Numbered from the stretch's first letter, positions 50,881 to 64,000 are shown. The stretch: DNA of 64,000 nt from Chiloscyllium plagiosum (GCF_004010195.1 NC_057718.1:76712129-76776128); one strand, 5' to 3'. The notes: generated by a model not told the origin, from the letters alone. Program-made: numbers and translations.

Positions 50881-52975
50881 GCTAGACAAAATCTACGTTG
50901 TACAAATTCTTGCTACTTTTCTCTGATCAAAGTGTTGAGTATTTGTTTTTTTAAAATTTTTTTTAAGGATCGTGAGCATGAAAATGTTGTAGAGAGCTGC
51001 CTGGCCTTAATTATAGACTGTTATAACGTCTTTATTAAATCTTGATTGAATTGGTCTGGAACTGATTTTCAGTTGTCAATGTTTTTATATAGTGGAGCAC
51101 CATGCAAGCACCATTCTCCAATTCAAATGACCGTTGTCTAACAGAGAGAACCGTATAGATGTCTGAGCTATAAAATTCCAAAGTTCTGTGTAGTCCTGAG
51201 GGTTTATCTGTCTTTGATGCCATTAATTTATCAATTATTGTTGTTTTGCTTATATCATTTTGAGTCCCTGTCCCTAATTCAATAATGGTTTCAATGTGAA
51301 TAATGGATACTTAAATAAGTGTTTCTTCCTACATTATTTCTGTCCCTCAAATATAACAGGCAGCAGTAGATCAGATTGAAATTTCAGTTGTGGAAAATCT
51401 TTAGCTCTATATATTATTTTGTTTTTGTTGCACAGCAATTTAATTAGCTTTCCTCATTTTTAAGCATGCTAGTAATGTCAGATTTGGAATATTTGCAAGG
51501 CAATTTTGAACGAGTAATTCGCCTTCCTTGATATACAGACATGTTGGACATGATTGGTTAAAGATTTAGTTAAGAGTGTTTGATTGATTTTAGTTGAAAA
51601 TAAAGATTGAATGGAATTAATATAGTTATTAGACTATTTAACTAGGATTCTAAACACAGACTAAAGATCATGGTTAAATTTTAAATGAAAGTAGATATTA
51701 GAGAGTTGAGACTTTTAAACACTCCAGACTTCTTTTTGCTGGTGGGTAATGGAGTGTTTGTAGATGCTTGCCTGGGTTGAATTTTGGTTAGACATGCAGT
51801 AGGAGGTCAAGATTGTTCATGCCCTTCAAAATAACTTCATGTTATTACACAACTTTGACTGCAGAAATCAAGGTTATACTCAGTTGAAACCCAGACCTGG
51901 GGTCTGATGCTCTGATCAACTGTTTGCTAAGTAGTGATTGTATTTTCTTCCTTCTGCTGGAAGGGAATGACAGGTGAAGGAGATGGTGATGTTCTTTGCT
52001 CCTGAGGACAAAGATACTGTGAAAGAATGCTTAAGTAGATTGTTAGTTTGATGCAATGTTGCTTATTTATACTTTGGGACAGTCAGGATCTTTTGGTTTC
52101 ATTGGAAATATTTCTTCAGTAGTTACACAAGATGACGTAGAAATGGTAGTATGAGCAAAATATTTTTGACTAGTTTCTTGAGACTTTTCAGTGATAAACG
52201 TGTCTGTACACCAGATCCGAAACCATTCAAGAATAACATAAAATTAACATTTTTTGTTTAGGAAGAGATAATGTAATGAATCCACAAGTGTCATTAACAC
52301 ATTATGACATCTTGAAATTCTTGTATATTATTAGGCTCAGAAGCAATGAAGCATCTTGACATGATTTTAATGACCCGTGTGATAGTAGAAACCAGATGCT
52401 TTTTTGTTGCAGTAACTTTTCAAATTAAATGGTAAGAAACAGCAATAGAAAGTGGCTCTATGCAATAAACCCAGTGGCGTAATTAGGTCAATTTCTACTC
52501 TGTAGGGCTTCCATTATGCCAAGCAGGGCTCTTAATAGCATAAGGCATTCATAGCCAGATAAGAACATTAAATATGACAGGAAATTGTACAGTATAGAAA
52601 GATAACCTCATACAACTTGCTGTGTCAAACTACCATTTTTTTTTAAAAGACATTGTTCTGTCTGGCAAAAGAGACCAGTCTCCATAGAATTATTTTGTAA
52701 ACCTAACTCGGTTACTGAAAAGTAGGAGGATGGGCAATCATATTAGTCTTGAATGTGTCCCATGTTTTCATTGTAATTTAGTTTGTTGGTCACACAGAGC
52801 AAAAAGTGATTATACTATATACCTATATACTAAATAAAGATTGATTGTGTTTACCTTAGTAGTGTTTGTGTTAGCAACCTTGTACAATGTCCTGTTCAAA
52901 CTTTCCTAAAAATGAAAGTAGCTTTCTGTCCAAAGCTTGTAACTGAACCTTGTTTAAACTGAATATATTTTGCAG

Positions 52976-53083
52976 GGAAATGTTTTTATGTATTATGGAT
53001 TATCAAATTTCTACCAGAACCATAGACGATATGTCAAATCAAGAGATGACAGCCAGCTTAATGGTGATAAGGCTTCTTTAAAA
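52976..53083 (+). CDS. TMEM30A: TMEM30A coding exon 3 (108 nt)
   Basis: TTTTGCAG acceptor; [36 protein letters not shown] contains the CDC50 signature [13 protein letters not shown]; donor AAA|GTAAGT. Too short for the ORF track. Confidence 0.97.
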
Positions 53084-53324
53084 GTAAGTGAATGTTCTTT
53101 TGGAATATAATTGTAACAACTGAGTGTTTATACTGCAAACTTTGTTTTAACTGGCACTTATGAACTGGTGCTCTTGATAAGCTGGCAAAAATTATATACT
53201 TCAAATATTGTGAAGTTTACTGTATTATTTTGCCCAATTATCATTGAGGTAAATAAATTTTTAAAAACAATGTAAATATACTTGTTCAATTGATTGGCTA
53301 CATGAAATATCAACAGTTGGATAG

Positions 53325-53640
53325 CAAGAGGCTTGTTCCCCAAAGTGGGGAACTTGATTATTAAAGGTCACGAGTTCACGGTGAGAGGGGAAAAGTTTAA
53401 GGGGGATATGCATGGAAAGTTCTATGCAGAGGAGCGTGGGTGCCTGGAACGCTTTACTGGTGGAGGTGGTAGGGGCGGGCACGATAGCATCATTTACAAT
53501 GTATCTAGACAATACACGAATGGACAAGGAGCGGAGGATACAGATCCTTAGAAAATAGGTTTAGATAGAGGATCTGGATCAGCACAAGCTTGGAGGGCCA
53601 TATGTCCTGTTCCTGAGCTGTAATTTTCTTTGTTCTTTGA
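53325..53640 (+). mobile_element. CR1 3' end
   Basis: LFPKVG..KGHEFTVRGEKFKGD; TTTGTTC tail. Confidence 0.8.
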
Positions 53641-53775
53641 TTCAATTTTGAGTCAATTTCTCCTCATACTGCAATTTACTGTAGTGTCAGAGTAGTCAGT
53701 TGCCAGAGTGAGAAGGTTCTCTGCTGATTTTATTTAAGGTAAGTTGCATTTTTTTTTCCCCGAAGTGATTTATGT

Positions 53776-53920
53776 TGTAAATAAAGTATAAGTGATGTGT
53801 GTTATGTTTATATTACTTAGTGTGTGTTTTTACATTGATTGTGTGGACCGTTTGGTTATCTGGAATAATTGATCAATTGGCACCCTCCTGGTCCCATAGC
53901 TGCTGGATAATTTTACTGTA
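53776..53920. mobile_element. Tc1/mariner Tigger-like non-autonomous end
   Basis: Ends GGATAATTTTACTG|TA; homologous to about 61524-61750. Confidence 0.55.
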
Positions 53921-53994
53921 CTGTCAATTTCATTCTGTAAGTAGCACAGTATTAAAGACTGCAATACAACTCTGCTAGCATTCGAGCAAGAAAT

Positions 53995-54855
53995 TCAGAA
54001 GATTGCAGACATTGCCATGCAGAGGATACTTGTAAGCTCAGATGATATAGATGGGCTGATGGAATGGGTAGGAAGTGGCAGATGGAGTTCAACCCTGATT
54101 AAGTGTGAGATAATGCATTTAGAGAGATCATAGGGCAAAAGGAATACATGGTAAAAGGGAATATATTCAGAGGGATAGATGATATGAGAGATCTTGGTGT
54201 GCAAGTGAACAAGTCCCTAAAAGTAACACTGCAGGTAGATAAGGTGGTAAGGAAGGCATATGGAATGCTCTCCTTCGTTGGCAGAGGTATTGAATACAAA
54301 AGTAGGGATAAAAATGAAAATATAGAAGGCACTGGTGAGGCCACAACTGGAGTAATGTATGCAGTTCTGGTCACCACATTTCAGGAAGGACCAAATTGCT
54401 CTGACGAGCGTGCAGAGAAGGTTTACTAAAATGATGCCAAGGCTGGAGAATTGTATCTATGAGACATTGGGGTTGTTTTCCTTGGAACAGAGAAGGCTGA
54501 GGGCTGATATGATTGAGGTACCAAAAAATGGTGTGGGATGGGGATAGAATAGACAGGAAGAACCTGTTTCCCTGGGCAGAGTTCAAAAACCGGAGGTCAT
54601 AGATTAGAGCTAACTGGCATAAGAATTAGAGGGGATGTGAGGGAAACCGTTTTTACGTAGAGGGTGGGAGGCATCTAGAATTTGATCTAGTTGGTGGTAG
54701 AGGCAGAGACACTAAATAGTATGTGGATTTGAACCTTAAGTACTGCAAGGCTATGGGCCAGTTGCAAAAAGTGGGATTAGAAAAAGTGTCTTTGGCTTGG
54801 CATTGACAAGATGGAGTCAATGTCCCCTTTCTGTGCTGTATCATTTCTATGTTCT
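53995..54855 (+). mobile_element. CR1 3' fragment
   Basis: RDLGVQV..SLKV, QFWSPHFRKD, LGLFSLEQRRLRADMIEV. Confidence 0.88.
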
Positions 54856-55834
54856 GTGGAGTGACGCTTGAACAATTTCTAACTTCTGTTCATTTCAACC
54901 ATGAAATGAAATTCTTGTCAATTTACCTATTCAGTTAATGAAGTACATAATAAAGGTCAGGAGGAATTTAATTCCGTTTGTGGATTTTTTTTTTGTTGAC
55001 CAGAATGTAACTGACCAGCTGTTATATAATTGCGAAATTAGATGAGACAGAGGGTGATTGGGTGAGGGGCATGTGTCTGGTGATTGGGGATGTCAGGCAG
55101 TTTGTTGGGCAAGATGTGAAGTGAGTCATTAGAAAGGGAAGAGAAGTGAGAAGCGATTGGTTGTAAAGAGAAGAGAGCAGAATGCTATCAATGGTTGCCT
55201 TTTAACGCAGGGATAGCTAGCAAACTGCGAAATAGGAAAACTTAATCACAGGTAATGAAGTTTGTTTGTTATCGTTATCAAAAAGAAAATTTTTACATTT
55301 AACTTATAGCTGTTGTTTTGTGCCAATTTAAATTCTGTGGTGTCAAGGAAATTTATGCTGTCCTTGTGGCTTTAAGTTTAATAGAAGGTTGATAATTGTT
55401 GAGGTATTACTGAAACATTTTTATTCTAATTGAGGGGCCAGATACCCATGTGTCAAAGTAAGTATCAAAGATAATGTTACTATATGATTACATAATGAAG
55501 GAGTTAGTAAGAATAAAAAAAAATTAACCCTTGAAGTCTCACGAGCTGTTGGGTGTGGATGTTTGATCACTGTAGCATAGCCTTAGGGTTAATTTGTGAT
55601 AATTACCTTTCTGTAGAGATGAGAACTCAGTCATTTGTGGATTTCAGACTTACGGAATATTGGACTTGACTGTTTGATTTTCTTTTCATCTGACCTTTGT
55701 CTGGCCTAAAAGAACTGACGCTCTTCTGGTCTCTATTTAAAGTGCCATCAGTTTGACCAGGCTTTCGCTTATTTGTGTGATTGTAAGATGCAGAGGCTAT
55801 GGTGGCATGTTGTTCCCATAAGTACCCTGACAGG

Positions 55835-56046
55835 TTAGATTAAATTAGATTACTTACAGTGTGGAAACAGGCCCTTCGGCCCAACAAGTCCACACCGACC
55901 CGCCGAAGCGCAACCCACCCATACCCCTACATTTACCCCTTTAATCTAACACTACGGGCAATTTAGCATGGCCAATTCACCTGACCTGCACATCTTTGGA
56001 CTGTGGGAGGAAACCGGAGTGCTAACCACTGTGCCACCGTGCCGCC
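55835..56046 (-). mobile_element. Young HE1/V-SINE with an approximately 106 bp internal deletion
   Basis: Matches 14653-14985 but joins AAACCGGAG to TGCTAACC. Confidence 0.88.
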
Positions 56047-56869
56047 TCTTTGCTGGAGGATTCTGTGCTGTTGGTTGAAAATAGCTGGATTTTCTCAGCC
56101 AACCTGAGGCTCATTACAGGTGGAGTAACCACTCCAATCGAATTGCGTTGGGCTACTGCTTCTGGCTCCAGCCCTGGTAAGGAGAGTGATTCTAGCTCAC
56201 TGTGGTCTCAGACATGCTCTGTTCTGAGCAGCAGTAGTTGCTTTGCACTGCTTCTGGCTTAATCTGTCATGGACCCTGGTGCTCTCATAAATATTGGGTA
56301 TGATTGTGCTCTCTAGCCTGCCATGCTTGCGTTGACTCTTGGAACGAGCAGTCCTGCTTAATCCTGTATTTCCTGCTTTTTGTCTGTAACCCTGCAAGTT
56401 TGACTTCCTCAACTCCCATTTCTTCAACTCACTTCAGAATTATTTATGAGATCAGAGAGCATTCCAGAACCCGACATTGTTGAATGAAAGAATTTTCTCA
56501 ATTTAAGAACATCATAAGTGTTGCATTTAATCTTGCAACTCTTTTTATTGTTAATTTGTAGATGTGGATGTTGCTGGCTAGGCCAGCATTTAATACCTGA
56601 CCCTAATTGCTTGGAGGCAGTTAAGAAACAGGCATGTTGCTTTGGGTCAAGTTTCATAAGTGGGATTTTCTTCCCGAATAGATATCAGTGAACCGGGTGG
56701 GTTTTTATGTCGATCCATAGTGGTTACACGGTTGTCATTTGGCTAACTTGTTGTTCCAGATTTATATTCAATTCAAATTTCACCATCTGCTACGGTGAGA
56801 TTCGGACCAATGTCTCCAGAATGTTAGCCTGGGGTTCTGAATCATTAGTCCAGTGACGGTTAGCATTTT

Positions 56870-59010
56870 GGGTCCAGTGACTGTTTGTTTTTTCAGAACT
56901 GAAAATAACAGGGAAAGTCTGGTATTTATTTATGTTGGTGGGGGAGGGGCAAGTGAATAGAGTACATGGAGAATGTGTCCAGAGAGAGAGTGAAGATGGG
57001 GCTAGGCAACCGGAGATTGCTGCTGATAAACTGAGAAAAATGAATGTTAGGTAGGGTACTAAGAGAAGTGTAAATGGTTGAAATTGGGTTGGATGTGCTG
57101 GGGACAAACCAATGAAACGGGATTTAGATGTGTGAGGTAGTTAACAAACATAGAGGACGATGTTCACATTCTGAAATTGTTAAACTCAGTAAGTCCTGAA
57201 GGCTGTAAAGGTGCTGAGGTGGAAGATGATGTATTGGTCCAGATTGTGTTCAGTCTTGCTGGAACAATGCAGCAGGCCTGAGACAGCGATGTTGGAATGG
57301 GAACACAATGGTGCTTTGAAGTGGCAGGCAACTGTAAGCTTGAGGTCATTTTTATAGGTAACGCTTAGGTGTTCAGCAAGCAGTAATCCTGTCTGCGTTT
57401 CATCTCCCTTATATAGAGGAGATCACATTATGAGCAGCGAGTATTGTTTTGGATGATATAATTAAAGGTGGGTCTGGGACCTGGAATAGTGAAAAGGAAG
57501 AAGGTAAATGAGCAACTGTTGCACCTTCTACGATTGCATGGGAAGTGCCATAGGGATGTGATAGTTGCTAGGAGTGGAGGAGAATGGACCAAGGTGTTCT
57601 GAAGGGAATGGCCCTGTGGAATGTTTTCAAGGAAGGGAGGGGGATTTGTGTCTGGCGGTGGCAGTGACAGCTTATGATCCTTAGGGTATGGTGGCTGGTG
57701 GGATTGAAAGTGAGCATCAGGTGGACTTATGGGCTGAGGGCAGAGAAGGGGTGAGGGCAGAAGTGTTGGAAATGGGTCAAACACAGCTGAAGGCTGTCAA
57801 CCACGGTAGGTCTGTAAGGGAAAAAAAGGTAGACGTTTCTTCGGCATTTATTGAAATGGATGCATAAGAGAAACTGAGAGAATGGAATGGAGTCCTTACA
57901 GGGAGCAGAGGGTGTAAAGATGTATAGTCAAGGTAATTGTGGGAATCTGTGGGTTCGGTAATGGATATTGGTGGCCAGTTTATCCTCAGAAATAGAACCT
58001 GAGATATCAAGGAAGGGAAAGGAGGAATCTGAGCTGGGTCAGGTGAAACTGAGAGCAAGGCAAAAATTGGAAGCAAAACTGATAAATTTTCCAATTCCGA
58101 ATGAGAGGTGGTATGGTAGCTCAGTGGTTAGCACTTCTACCTCACATTGTCAGGGACCTTCGGCAACTGTCTGTGTGGAATTTGCACGTTCTCCCCGTGT
58201 TCCATGTAACCCACAAAGTCTCAAACTGAGGCCCATGTGGATTCCCGTGACTGCACATTTGACATTGAGAAAGTGAGGGGAGTCAAAGGAGTTGTTGCTC
58301 AAAGTGGGGACGAGTTTGGCAAGGTGAAGGAAGTTGCTGGTGGATGGGGATGGTTCAGGATTTCTCTCATAGAAGAATTGGAGAGCCCTCAGATCACCTT
58401 GATGGGGGATAGATGTGAAGAGGATGTGGCGGGTGTCAGATGAATCATAGATATACGTGGAAAGAAATGGACAAGGGAAGAGAAAATCAAGTCAAGGTAG
58501 AAAGAAAAAGGTTTTATGGGGCAGGAACAATCTGAAAACAATGAGTCTGCCTGGGCATTCCTGTAGATGTCCCTAAATGAGATTAAGTTAGTCACAGTTG
58601 TGGAAACAATAGCTTGATGTTTGGAAGAGAAAATCAAGTCAAGGTAGAAAGGAAAAGGTTTTATGGGGCAGGAACAATGAGTCTGCCTGGGCATTCCTGT
58701 AGATGTCCCTAAATGAGATTAAGTTAGTCACAGTTGTGGAAACAATAGCTTGATGTTTGATGGTAAGATCATAGGAGGAGATGTCAGAGAGCTGTTGCAC
58801 AGCCTCCGCAAGGTATTTGTCAGTACAGCAGACAACATCAGCACCACCCTTGTCAGCAGGTTTGATTACAAAGTCAGGGTTGGATCCGAGAACTCATGGA
58901 AAAATAAGTTACAAGGACATTAAGTTAAAATGGGTCAGGGGAGTAGAGAAATTTAAGGTGGCTAATCTCTCAACTACAGCTCTCAATCGACATGTCAACT
59001 GCAAGTAAGG
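56870..59010 (-). mobile_element. Old Penelope-like element (RT to GIY-YIG), with HE1 fragment at about 58105-58200 and an internal tandem duplication
   Basis: PTDSHNYLDYTSLHP, FPCNRRRC, LQPSGL..EFNNFR. Confidence 0.75.
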
Positions 59011-59186
59011 GACCCAGCTGGAGAGAGAGTAAGAGGTGGGTAAAGCATTCTGTGGGATGGGGAGAGGACTCGTGGGCATGGATGCCAAAACATTGAAAGA
59101 AGAGTTTGAAGTCATGGTTTGCCTGAAATTCATTGTGGTAGGCGTATAAAGGGATAAAATCACATCCTTTGCTGAGTACAGATGCT

Positions 59187-59650
59187 TCAGCATCCAAGGA
59201 GGAGGAGAATCGACGTTTCAGGCATAAGCCCTTCTTCAGTAATGAGGAGGGCATGCCAAGCAGGCTGAGATAAAAGGTAGGGAGGAGGGGCGTTGGGAAT
59301 GCGATAGGTGGAAAGAGGTTAAGGTGAGGGTGATAGGCCGGAGAGGGGGTGGGCGCGGAGAGGTCAGGAAGAAGATTGCAGGTCAAGAAGGCGGGGCTGA
59401 GTCCGAGACTTGGGACTGAGATATGGTGAGGAGAGGGGAAATGAAGAAGCTGGAGAAATCTGCATTCATCCCTAGGTGTTGTGTTGCCATGGTCTGGCGA
59501 TGGAGGAGGCCAAGGACCTGCATGTCCTTAGCGGAATGAGAGGGGGAGTTAAAGTGTTCAGCCACGGGGCGGTTGGGTTGGTTGGTGCGGGTGTCTGTTC
59601 TCTGAAATGTTCCGCAAGTAGGCGGCCTGTCTCCCCAATGTAGAGGAGAC
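59187..59650 (-). mobile_element. Young Penelope-like 3' fragment (GIY-YIG plus terminus), in intron 3
   Basis: LLYIGETGRLLAEHFRE, AEHFNSPSHSAKDMQVLGL; the 3'UTR is closely similar to 7560-7787. Confidence 0.9.
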
Positions 59651-62600
59651 TTCTATAGAGTACTTGATCCAAAATTGTTCTCTGGGAACTGTCTGCCACA
59701 CAGTCTGAAAAACATCCATCTGCTGCCAACCTTTTTCTTCTTGTCACTAGCCAATTTTAAATTTATGCTGCAACTCTTCCTTTAATTCTGTGGTCTTCCA
59801 TATTCTCAATAAAGGCCTGTGTGGTTCTTCCAAAAGTTAGTGCATCCATCAACTGTACCATCTTGATTGGGCTAATCATATGAGATTTTCCTTTACCAAA
59901 TACACACTGGAACCCCTTAGTTAAGCAGGGTTTTTTGAATGAAAGCTTATTTTGTCTCTGAAATGGTTTCAACTAACTTTCCTGCCACTGACACATATAG
60001 CTGACTGCTCTGTATTTTGGGTCTTATGTTTTGCCCTTTCCTCGAATAGTGCTACAACATCAGCTCAGTCTTTAGTACTGTTCTGGTATCCATTGAGGAC
60101 TGAAAGATTTTGACCAAAGTCCGTAAGTGGTTTTAGCTATCAAAGAGGAATTTCTCAGTGGACTGGATGAGTTACTAACTTAAATTATTATTTTTAGTGT
60201 GTATTTTCTATTGATTATCATCATGTCCATAACTTTTGTCTCTCCTTTTGTAATATTACATTCACATCGTAGAATCAGAATGGTTACACCACAGACCAAA
60301 ACCATTTGAGTCTTTGCTGTCTCACTGTGGTAGTAATTTGCCTGGACTCAATCCTGTCTTTCCCCTATGACCCTGCAATTCTATTTCCTTCAGGTGCTTA
60401 TCTAATTCCCTATTGAAAGCCACAATTAAATCTATTCCATTACCCCTTCAGGCTGTATATACCACATCGTCACTATTTGCTAACCAAATTTTTTTTTTAA
60501 CTCGTATCTGTTCTTGTTCTTTTGCCAATTTGTCCCCCTTTTTTCTTAGCCCTCTACCATTGGCAATATTTTCTTCTGTCAATTTAATCTGGACTCCTTA
60601 TGAGTTGAATACCTCTGCAACCTTCTGTGTGGAACTTCCCAGCAGTTGTTGGCTGAGGTGACCTGTAGCATTCTTCTTGCCAACTTGAGGTTGCGGGAAC
60701 CCCTGGTGGCAAACTGACTATGGGAGAGTTTCTTTCGGATTTGGCAAGAAGGATGTTGTATAGAATAGTCCTGTACAATACATGGATTTGCAGGCTGCCT
60801 GGAATTCTTGCGGCCTTGTGTCAGTGTTTCCTGTTTATGTTGAATGCGTAGTGTTACAGGACCCAAATTTCAACCTTTATCTTCAAGCTTTGGCTGCACC
60901 ATAGCAACACACTCCTGACCTTTGGTAATCCAACATGGAGAGGGTAGGCAAAGAGAGGAATTTTTCCTAATCTGCTTCTGGGCCTGGCCATGCTGGTCAG
61001 AAACAAGTTCAGGCAGTGAGTAGTTGAGGTGGTAATTTAACCCAGCTGCCTGCCTGTCTTTTATGGCTAAATTCATGCCTGGATCTCCCTGGTGAAGAGA
61101 ATTTGGTCTTCATCAGTACACTGAATTCCAATAATTTGCCCACCACAGAGAGAAGATTAGCGTATAATTATTTGGCTTATCCCTAATATCATTTTTGAAT
61201 AATGTATAATATTTGCAGAATTCCAACCTTTTTTTATCTTGCCTGTAACAAATGAGGGTTGGATCCTCTGAGAATCCGTATTTCCTCTCTAGCTTCCTTT
61301 ATCTCATCCTAGATTACAAGTCATCTACCTTCAAGGACATCAGTCCCTCCATTGGTTCTCTTGTCTAATATTTCACACTCTCTTTAATGAGAGTGCCCAC
61401 ATCATCCCTAACTTTGTGAAGTTAGGAACAAACTGTGCCTGATCAACCTGCACTCTTAATAAACAGTCAAAAAATTATATACCTCAGATACCATGAACTA
61501 ATGTGATGTCCAAGCAGTTACACTGTAAATAAAGTATAACAGTGATATGTATACCTCCTGAATTATGTTTCTATTACTTAGTGTGCTTTTACATTGATTT
61601 TAGGAGATGTGTTGATGTTTTTACATAGATTTTTTGAGGAATGTGGCTGCCTTGAAACTTTGCTTGGTCAGCGTTACTGCAGTTATGCGGACTGTATCTT
61701 CTGATTATCCTGAATATTTGAGCAACGAGCACACTCCTGGTCCCATAGTGTCAGGGGATCATATTCACTTGCCTATTATTTGCTACCTTATCAAAGAATG
61801 TCCTGGAATCTCTTATAGAACCAGATTAAAACCGGCATTTCTTCAAGTCAACCACAGTTCAAAAATGGCCCCAGCAGGGGTTTACTTCAAAGCCGTATCA
61901 ACAGTCATGTGATTTGCAGGCAGACATTTAAAACAAAACTATGCCCTCTTTTCAGTGACGTCTTTTTAAGGAAATCCACTTCCCGAAGCTTGAAATAATT
62001 CAATTTTCCATAATCTTTTAAAACTTGGTCGTTCAAGCCATTGTTAAATATAAAATGTTTTGGTGACACTATCCATTCTGCTATCTGTCAGCATGGTGTC
62101 AGGGGATCATATTCACTTGCCTATTATTTGCTACCTTATCAAAGAATGTCCTGAAATCTCAAATGTATTTATCTACTACATTATCTCTGACTAATCCCAT
62201 CTTTCTGTACCACCCATCTGTAATTTTTGTCATAAGGTAGGAACAGGACTTTCATTTTCATATTTACATGGTTGTAGATCACTTGCTATTTTATTTTTTG
62301 TTTCTTGATTTTTTTTTATAGAACTTCTGTAACTTATCTCAAGTCTCTTTGTATTTTCCACATATTGTCTCTTGTTGTCCCTGTACTTAGCATTATCCTT
62401 GATTTTTCTTTTATGTTGTTAGTTATGGTGTTTCAGTAGAGTTCTGAAACGGATATTCTTTTTCCAGGCTCATGTTTCCCATTGCTGTTTTGTACCATTA
62501 TTTGCCTGTTTTAACTTTCCCAGTTAACTGTTCCTCTGTTGGATTTTCTGCACTTCATTTATTTTTTTTTTGTCATGCTTGTATTTTTAGGTTTGCACAT

Positions 62601-62970
62601 AAATTATAGTATATTGAGTACTGTTGCCTTGCTGTTGCCCATACATTCACTTTCCTCCTATCTGCTTGACTTCACAATCCATTCCTAAATTTAGTGATGA
62701 ATCTTCCCTGTTTGGGCTTCCTGCATAGTCGGTTTATATACTGGAGTAATTTCACTCCCTAGTCCACTTTTTAAAATTCTTCAGATCAATTAATTTCAGG
62801 GTACCTTTATGCATTTATTATAAAATGGAAAAGTAAATGAACGCAACTGCATCATTTCAATATCCATTTACAACCAATATCTAGGTGAGGCTTTTTCAGC
62901 ATCCTTCATACAAAAATCTTTTTGTTTTTTCAGTACTACAATCTTAAATCTTTGTTCTCTACCCACTCAG

Positions 62971-63058
62971 GATCCAAGCAAAGAGTGTGACCCATATCGA
63001 ATGTCTGATGGATTACCTATTGCCCCTTGTGGAGCGATTGCAAACAGTCTGTTTAATG
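62971..63058 (+). CDS. TMEM30A: TMEM30A coding exon 4 (88 nt, ends phase 1)
   Basis: Pyrimidine tract plus CAG acceptor; [29 protein letters not shown]+G contains the CDC50 motif [11 protein letters not shown]; donor G|GTATGT. Confidence 0.96.
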
Positions 63059-63800
63059 GTATGTAAGCACCTTTTCTGTGTAAGTAAATTAAAAATCAGA
63101 TTGCATAGCTTATATACAACATGCTTTGATTTGGAACAGTCTGTGAATGTACATCACCTCTGTGTGTTAGAAAGAATACTACTTTGTAAAAATATTTGTT
63201 AGCCTGGTGGCACAATGTACCAAGACAACAAATACTCAGACATATTTAACCTCCCTGTGGAAGAAAGTCACTTAGAATGAAGGTAGAGTGTCAGTGAGGG
63301 TATATCTCAGAAGTGCCATTCAAAGACCTCATACAGAGCCGTGGGGCAAATTGCTGGTACATACTCCCAAGTTGAGTGTGTTGGTACCTCCAATCAAAAT
63401 AAGGAAACTATTCAATTCTCAATTAATGCAATGAACATATTTTATTCAGTTAGTGTTTGTTCCAAATCATTATACTATTCAGCCAATGATTTGTTTTAAG
63501 AAATGAGCAATGGCATTCAGGTTATTGACAATTAAGAAATTGTAAATAATTCAATTAGTGTAATTTTGCTGATGGCCTTAAGTAAGAATGACATACATCT
63601 CTTGTCACTAATTCTTTTCTGTTTGTGTATCCTCTCTCCCATTCCATTGCATCACTTGTCAATGAATCTTGCTAATATTCTTTGACTTATTTCAATCAGT
63701 CACTCCTGTTCTACATGTTCTGTGTGTATTACTGATTTGTATGTTTGAAATATTTTAAGTGATAATAGAGGAATACATACTGTTTTTCAAAAACAAAATA

Positions 63801-64000
63801 CAGGTACACAATTCTTTGTCCGAAATTCCAAAATCTGAAAAGCTTCCAAATTCCGAATGTTTCTTGTGGAGTGTGGAGCATCATTTAGGATACAGGTGAC
63901 CCACCTCCACACCCACTCAAACCACGTCACTCAGATGTGAGGTGGCAGCATGGCCCAGCATTGGCAGGTGTCAATTGAGTCTCAGTGCTCGTACTATTCA
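63801..64000. mobile_element. Tigger/MER46-like DNA transposon left end
   Basis: TA|CAGGT start followed by TCCGAAATTCCAAAATCTGAAA subterminal repeats. Confidence 0.55.

Noticed and set aside
40800..63058. Assignment as TMEM30B or TMEM30C
   Set aside because: The N-terminus (MATNYSAKD..., [25 protein letters not shown]) matches TMEM30A best, and mammalian TMEM30B is intronless.
62987..63202. [13 protein letters not shown]... as a gene
   Set aside because: Wrong frame overlapping TMEM30A exon 4 and running into the intron.

Overview
Vertebrate genomic DNA, almost certainly a shark or other elasmobranch. This is inferred from the repeat content: HE1/V-SINEs with (TCTAA)n tails, SacSINE1/Deu-SINE-like elements, and abundant CR1 and Penelope-like fragments. 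The only supportable host gene is the 5' half of TMEM30A (CDC50A, P4-ATPase flippase beta subunit) on the + strand. Coding exons 1-4 lie at 40800-41012, 46529-46642, 52976-53083 and 62971-63058, with GT-AG junctions and a continuous frame, and the gene continues past the window. Most of the rest is decayed mobile DNA (CR1, L2-like, Penelope/PLE, Gypsy, PIF/Harbinger, Tigger-like, several SINEs), with assembly gaps at 7788-8373, 13950-14332 and 35506-35509. The most notable observations are: (1) short fold-back Penelope-terminus insertions with 12-14 bp target-site duplications, and related PLE ends carrying minimal hammerhead-ribozyme-like cores, several inside TMEM30A introns; (2) a diverged ATG-less copy of TMEM30A exon 1 about 650 bp upstream of the real one; (3) local templated-copy rearrangements; (4) a candidate STAT/ETS/IRF motif cluster. 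Repeat boundaries are read by eye and approximate, and family names come from recall rather than database searches.
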